From: an uncultured Gemmatimonadales bacterium
GTDB lineage: Bacteria > Gemmatimonadota > Gemmatimonadetes > Gemmatimonadales > GWC2-71-9
Assembly (NCBI GenBank): GCA_963748815.1
Contig: CAVVKJ010000005.1
Span: 514,577 to 578,576, forward strand
Direction: 5' to 3'
DNA: 64,000 nt
Part shown: in pieces, positions 58,598 to 64,000 of the stretch
Numbering within the stretch: the stretch's first letter is position 1
Layout: every line of letters starts with the position of its first letter
Notes under the pieces: generated by a model
Database searches by the model: none
What the model was told of the DNA's origin: nothing
What the model saw: only the letters and a program-made list of their open reading frames with translations
Made by a program: the position numbers and the translations under genes

Positions 58598-59431
58598 ATG
58601 GACTCGATGCGTTGGAATCCCCGATTGTCAGCCGTAGGGGTCTTGGCTGTGCTTGCCGCCTGCTCCTCCACGGAACCCAATAGCGCCGCGGGACCGAATG
58701 CGGTGTCGAACCAGAACGTCACCACGGATGTCGCGATGGTGGCCACGGAACTTGGCGCCCAGGATGTGGAGGCGATGCACGGGCCGGGCGGCGGGTTTGG
58801 GTTCGGTCTGCGCCCCGACCTCGGCCGGTTCAGTTGCGACTCGCTGTCCCGCGAGGGGCTGACCGTCGTCCGGACCTGCACGTACGCAGACTCCGACGGC
58901 GTCACCCAGGACGCGTACGATTCAAGCACCACGGCCACCGTCACGGTGCACACCGAGATCAGCGGCGCGTTCGGCAGGGGTCGCTGGAGCGCGACCATGG
59001 ACCGGATGAGCGACCTCGTGGTCTCCGGCCTCGCCGGCGCCAACACCACCATGATCTGGAACGGGTCCAGCTCGGGGACCGCCAGTCGCGTGCGGCAGGT
59101 GGACAGCACCGAAACGCGCGAATACGACATGACCTTCTCCGGCTCGATCACGGACGTGGTCATTCCGGTGCCGCGCACCGATACCAGCTGGCCCTTGTCA
59201 GGCATCATTGCCCGGGAGGTGTCGGTCACCTTCGTCGGCGGTCCGCGCGACGGCACGACGGTCACGCGCACCACGACACTTGAGTTCAACGGCACGCAGT
59301 ACGCGACGCTCACCGTCAACGGCGAGACCTTCCAGGTCGACCTCGCACGCCGCAGCTGTCAGCGGGACGGCCACGGTGGTGGTCGTGGTGACGGCCACGG
59401 GGACGGCCCAGGGCACCGGGACCACGACTGA
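58598..59431 (+). CDS. Hypothetical beta-rich lipoprotein with Gly/His/Asp tail
   Basis: Lipobox LAAC; Thr-rich strands; ends DGHGGGRGDGHGDGPGHRDHD. Confidence 0.8.
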   Translation: MDSMRWNPRLSAVGVLAVLAACSSTEPNSAAGPNAVSNQNVTTDVAMVATELGAQDVEAMHGPGGGFGFGLRPDLGRFSCDSLSREGLTVVRTCTYADSDGVTQDAYDSSTTATVTVHTEISGAFGRGRWSATMDRMSDLVVSGLAGANTTMIWNGSSSGTASRVRQVDSTETREYDMTFSGSITDVVIPVPRTDTSWPLSGIIAREVSVTFVGGPRDGTTVTRTTTLEFNGTQYATLTVNGETFQVDLARRSCQRDGHGGGRGDGHGDGPGHRDHD

Positions 59432-59457
59432 GATACCGGCGGACTTCCGCTGTGCTC

Positions 59458-59496
59458 ACCAACGGCCTCGCCATACGGCGGGGCCGTTGGTCGTTT
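59458..59496 (+). terminator. Intrinsic terminator
   Basis: ACCAACGGCCTCGCC-ATAC-GGCGGGGCCGTTGGT followed by CGTTT. Confidence 0.7.
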
Positions 59497-59580
59497 GCGG
59501 GTGCTTGTGCCCCTTCGGACAGCCTGTAGCTTCGGGAGGGCAGGCTCCCTGCAATCCTATCGCCCCGAAGGCCAGAACCG

Positions 59581-60162
59581 ATGCTCAAGATCCTCGTTGC
59601 CGTTGCCGCGTCCGCCCTCTTCGCCGTGCCGGCGCTCCAGCCCGACGCCTACCCGGTCGGTCGTATCCGGACGGACAAAGGTGAGATTCTCTTCTACCTC
59701 TATCCCCAGACCCCCAACCACCAGGCGAGCTTCATCACGCTCGCCAATACCCACTATTTCGACTCGCTCACGTTCAACCGGGTCATCAAGAACTTCGTGG
59801 CGCAGGGCGGCTGCCCCGACACCCCCGAGGGGTTCGCGGGCTCACCGTACAACCTGGTACCGGAGTTCAACGACAGCCTGCGCCACGTGTACGGCGCCGT
59901 CGGTGCCGGCCGCGACGACAACCCCCAGAAGCTCTCCGCCGGCTGCCAGCTCTACATCGTCGCCAACAAGAACGGCCTGCCTCGGCTCGACGGGAACTAC
60001 ACCGTCTACGGGCAGGTGATCAAGGGGATGGACGTCGTGGAATCGATCGTGTCGGTGCCGACCGACACACTGGACGCGCCGCTGGTGCCGATCAAGCTCC
60101 GCGTCGACATCGTCGACATGAGTTCGTCGCAACTGGCAGGATATGGCATCAAGGTGGAGTAG
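59581..60162 (+). CDS. Cyclophilin-type peptidyl-prolyl isomerase, secreted
   Basis: FNRVIKNFVAQGG, LDGNYTVYGQVIKGMDVV. Confidence 0.9.
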   Translation: MLKILVAVAASALFAVPALQPDAYPVGRIRTDKGEILFYLYPQTPNHQASFITLANTHYFDSLTFNRVIKNFVAQGGCPDTPEGFAGSPYNLVPEFNDSLRHVYGAVGAGRDDNPQKLSAGCQLYIVANKNGLPRLDGNYTVYGQVIKGMDVVESIVSVPTDTLDAPLVPIKLRVDIVDMSSSQLAGYGIKVE

Positions 60163-60224
60163 GGCGGGTCGGCGCTATCGGCTGAACACCGCCCCATGCG
60201 GCACGGCCACAAACCACTGGGACA

Positions 60225-61349
60225 TCAGCGCCGCAAGCGGAGGACCCGGACCGACTCCACATCATTGGAGTCGGCGGCGATTGCAATAAGGGTGGTGTCG
60301 TTGATTGCCCCGAGTCGGAATCCACCCGGCAATACGACCGTCGCCGCGCGGGCCCCCACAGGAGTGAAGATGGCCACTGTGTCGGGAGCCTCGGTGCCAA
60401 CCTGATACGGGATCACCCAGACGTATCCCGCGGGATCAAGGAGGATGTTCGAGAACTCCGGCAGGTGTGCCGCGAAGCTCTCGGCGGCGGTCAAGGCCGG
60501 AGGGTTGTCCGTTGTGTCCAACCTGGAGATGATCGAGTCGCGCCAAGCCTTGGTGACCGGCCGGGCCCGGGGCGTTCGGCGGATCATCCCGATCGGTTTT
60601 CCCTCCAGATCGCAGATTGAGATGGCGTACGATCGATTCTCGCCGATTGCCACGGAGCCGGGTGAGGAGGCTGTGACCAGACGCCAGCCGAACCACCGCG
60701 GGAAGATCATCGGCATGCCATCCGACGTGGACGACATCCAGTCGGCATACGCGAAGTGGCCGAATACGGCCGTGACTGCGCCCATGCTGTCAAGCCGAAT
60801 CACATCGGCTGGCAACTCGAGCGGCCCGTCGGTGCTGGGTCGAGGCCAGGGTGTCCTCGTGGCCAGTAGCCCATGGTCCGGCAAGAGACGATGGGGCTGG
60901 ACCATCATGCTGTCCCGATCTGCGGCCAGGAATGGATGTGCGGTCCGGAACGTCCCGTCTGCTCCGTAGGTCGTCACGCGCCGCTGGTTCTGGTCGTAGA
61001 TGGCGAACCCGTCGTCGGGGAGGAGGTTGAGGAACTGCGGGGAGCGATACTCGCCGGGTCCCGAGCCCTTACGGCCCACCCTGATTGGATCGCCCTCGTC
61101 AATGGGAAAGAGCCAGATTGCTGGCGCGCCTCCATCCACGACCAGCAGCGTGCCATCCGCCAGCAGGGCCGTGCCATATATCCCCACAAACGCCATTCCC
61201 TCGGCTTCGCCGACGACCCGGAGCGGGATGGAGTCGATGGTCCAGACCTGACCGCCAACCTCGGCGCTCCCTACCCTCAGCCCATCCGCCGTGCAGGCCG
61301 AAACCAAGGCAAGGACGAGGAACACAACGATGCCTCGTGTCGTGCGCAT
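60225..61349 (-). CDS. 6-bladed beta-propeller lipoprotein
   Basis: Lipobox VSAC; GRKGSGPGEY; LLDPAGYVWV. Confidence 0.8.
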   Translation of the reverse strand: MRTTRGIVVFLVLALVSACTADGLRVGSAEVGGQVWTIDSIPLRVVGEAEGMAFVGIYGTALLADGTLLVVDGGAPAIWLFPIDEGDPIRVGRKGSGPGEYRSPQFLNLLPDDGFAIYDQNQRRVTTYGADGTFRTAHPFLAADRDSMMVQPHRLLPDHGLLATRTPWPRPSTDGPLELPADVIRLDSMGAVTAVFGHFAYADWMSSTSDGMPMIFPRWFGWRLVTASSPGSVAIGENRSYAISICDLEGKPIGMIRRTPRARPVTKAWRDSIISRLDTTDNPPALTAAESFAAHLPEFSNILLDPAGYVWVIPYQVGTEAPDTVAIFTPVGARAATVVLPGGFRLGAINDTTLIAIAADSNDVESVRVLRLRR

Positions 61350-61457
61350 CAGGATTCCCGGAACGAGGGAGGGTGTGAAAGTTCCCAAACTGTAACCCTT
61401 GAGCTAGTCCCCTCGCCCATTGCGCCCCCCCCCTGCCCGGGGGGAACTTGTAGGGCC

Positions 61458-63507
61458 ATGCACTCCTCCATCGCCTTCCTGACCGACCTGGCCCTCGTGC
61501 TGGGTGTGGCCGCGATCACCACGGTGCTCTCGCAGCGGCTGCGCCTCCCTCCGGTGTTTGGCTACCTCGTGGCAGGCGTGCTCATCGGGCCGACGGACTT
61601 CTTCCCGCTGGTCGCCAATGTGGACACTGTCCGCACCCTCTCGGAGCTCGGCGTCATCCTCCTGATGTTCTCCCTCGGGCTCGGGTTCACCCTGCAGAAG
61701 ATCGCCAAGCTGGCCTCCACCGCCGGCCTCATCGCCGCGGTGGAAGTCGGGCTCTGCATCTCCCTGGGCTATCTCGTCGGGCAAGCCCTCGGCTGGACCC
61801 GGTTCGAGAGCCTCTTCGCGGGGGCCATCGTCGCGATCTCCAGCACCATGATCATCGCCAAGGTGTTCGAGGACCAGCGGATCACCGGGCCGCTGGCCGA
61901 CATCGTCTACGGCGTCCTCGTCATGGAGGACCTCGTCGCCATCCTCTTCCTGGCGGTGTTGAGCGCCGTGATCGCCGGCACCGGCACCGCCGCCGAGACG
62001 ATCGCCGGCACCCTGCCGCGCCTGGCGCTCTTCCTGGCGGGGGCCACCTTTGTCGGGCTCTATGCCGTGCCGCGGGCGTTCCGGTGGATCGTGCGGCAGC
62101 GCCGGGACGAGACCACCCTCGTGGCGAGCGTCGGGCTCTGCTTCTCCGCCGCGCTGCTGGCCCACGCCGCCGGGTTTTCCGTGGCGCTCGGCGCCTTCCT
62201 CGCCGGCTCGTTCGTGGCCGAGGGGGGCGTGTCGAAACAGGTCGAGCCGCTGGTCCGGCCGCTGCGGGACATGTTCGCGGCGATCTTCTTCGTGGCCGTG
62301 GGGATGTCGATCGAACCCAGCGCCATCTTCGAGCTCTGGCCGGCCGTCCTCGGCCTCACCGCAGCCGTCCTCATCGGCAAGACGATCGGCGTCACCGCCG
62401 GGGCGTTCGTGACCGGCCTCGGGACCCGCACCTCGATTCGCGCCGGCCTCTCCATGGGCCAGATCGGCGAGTTCTCGTTCATCATCGCCGCGCTGGGCGT
62501 GTCGAGCGGGGCGACCGGCGCGTTCCTCGCGCCCGCCGCCGTGTTCGTCTCGGTGCTCACCGCGCTCCTGACACCACTCCTCGTGGGGCGCTCGACCGCC
62601 ATCGCCAACCACGTCGACCGCCGCCTCCCCCACGCGCTGCAGACCTACGCCACGCTCTACGGTTCCTGGGTCGAGTCGGCGCGGGGCAAGGCGCCCGCCA
62701 ACACACCCGCGGGCCGGATCCGCCGGCTCGCCCGATTCATCGTGCTCGACGCGGTGCTGCTGACCACCATCCTGATCGGCGCGTCGCTGGCGCTCGAGTC
62801 CGGCACCGACTGGCTGGCTGGATTCCTGGGGCTCTCGACCGGCGATAGTGCAGGCCGGGGCCATCGTCCTCGCCCTCGCGGCGCTCTTTCCCCTCCTCTA
62901 CGGCATCGTGCGGACGGCCCGGTCACTTGGCGACGCGATTGCCCTGCGATCGGTGCCCGCGGCGGCGCCGGGGCGCGCGGACCTGGGCGCCGCGCCGCGC
63001 CGGGCGCTCCGGTTGACCGTGCAGATCGGCGTCGTGCTGATCGTGGGAATCCCGATGACCGCCGCGACCCTCCCCGTCCTTCCGACCTACGGTGGCCCCG
63101 CCCTGCTCGGCGCGTTGCTCCTGCTCCTGGGCGTCGCCTTCTGGCGCTCGGCGCGCGACCTGCAAGGGCACGTCCAGGCCGGCGCCACGATGATCGTCGA
63201 GGCGCTCGCCGTCACCCGCGAACAGGCGGTGCCCGGCCGCGGGATCATGGCGGAGGTGCGACAACTGCTGCCCGGCATCGGGGAGCTGACCCAACTGACC
63301 ATTACCTCGGGCGACGCGGCGGCCGGCCAGACGCTCGCGCAGTTGAACCTCCGCGGGCTGACCGGCGCCTCGGTGGTGGCGCTCTGCCGCGGCGAGGAGC
63401 GGATGGTGCTGCCAGAACGGGACGAGGTGCTGCAGGTGGGGGATGTGCTCGCGCTGACCGGATCGCAGCGGGCCATCACCGCCGCCGCGAGCGTCCTGCA
63501 GGGTTAG
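61458..63507 (+). CDS. CPA2 cation:proton antiporter with C-terminal TrkA-C/RCK-C domain, frameshift near 62846
   Basis: ELGVILLMFSLGL, ISST, MEDL, ALGAFLAG, QIGEFSF; GQTLAQLNLRG..GDVLALTG. Confidence 0.9.
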
Positions 63508-64000
63508 CCGTCGGTCGCGCGCCAGAGGTACCACGACGCGACCGACCGGAAGGGCCGCCACTTCTCGCCGACTCGCTCGATTCGTTCCGGCTTGGGCAGT
63601 TGCCGGGTCCGGTAGGTCAGCTGGAACCCTTTCTGGATCCCGAGGTCGTGGATGGGCAGGACGTCCGGCCGGCCCAGGCGAAAGATCAGCAGCATCTGCA
63701 CCGTCCACTTCCCCACGCCCCGCACCGCCGTCAACCGTTCGATGATCTCGGCATCGGGCATCCGCCGAAGCGCCGCCGCGGTCGGCACCACCCCGTCCAG
63801 CGTCTTGGCGGCGAGGTCCCTCGCTGCGGCGAGCTTCGCGCGTGAGAGTCCAGCGCCGCGCAGCGCCTCATCCGACATCGCGAGCAGCGCCTGGGGTGCG
63901 AGGGCCCGTCGCGGCGGGAACAGCGCGCGGACCCGGCCATAGATGGTGGCGGCCGCCTTGCCGCTCAGCTGTTGGTAGACGATCGACTCCAGCACCTCCT
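63504..64000 (-). CDS. DNA-3-methyladenine glycosylase II (AlkA family), 5' end outside the window
   Basis: IVYQQLS, GLSRAK, HhH VRGVGKWTVQM, LGRPDVLP, WRPFRS. Confidence 0.92.
   Translation of the reverse strand, partial: EVLESIVYQQLSGKAAATIYGRVRALFPPRRALAPQALLAMSDEALRGAGLSRAKLAAARDLAAKTLDGVVPTAAALRRMPDAEIIERLTAVRGVGKWTVQMLLIFRLGRPDVLPIHDLGIQKGFQLTYRTRQLPKPERIERVGEKWRPFRSVASWYLWRATDG

Noticed and set aside
58429..61400. tRNA-Asn-anchored genomic island
   Set aside because: No integrase and no duplicated tRNA 3' end found; only mildly atypical composition

Overview
High-GC bacterial chromosomal segment. Gene content and synteny resemble Gemmatimonadota; this is an inference, no search was run. 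It is mostly housekeeping: a deoC/two-domain ALDH pair; a full Pho locus (arsR-phoB-phoR-porin-pstS // pstC-pstA-pstB-pstB-phoU-ppx) whose pstS and pstC are separated by two oppositely oriented Ig-repeat lipoprotein genes; a nucleotidase-add-nupC-PNP salvage operon; ffh-rpsP-rimM-trmD-rplS-rnhB; tRNA-Lys and tRNA-Asn; cls, ilvE, mltD, ctaA, moaC and holB. About ten frameshifts, nearly all resolvable as +1 insertions and one in essential ffh, look like assembly errors. The most striking unexplained structure is a four-helix-bundle (23S-IVP/Avd-like) gene enclosed by inverted, G-quadruplex-type 8-nt tandem arrays. ORF-less copies of the same octamer sit inside the coding sequence of ALDH, rnhB and an EAL gene. 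Also notable are two 11-bp-periodic PHO-box-like sites and a repeat- and DnaA-box-rich intergenic region between holB and tRNA-Asn. No CRISPR array, rRNA, integrase, transposase or reverse transcriptase was recognised.
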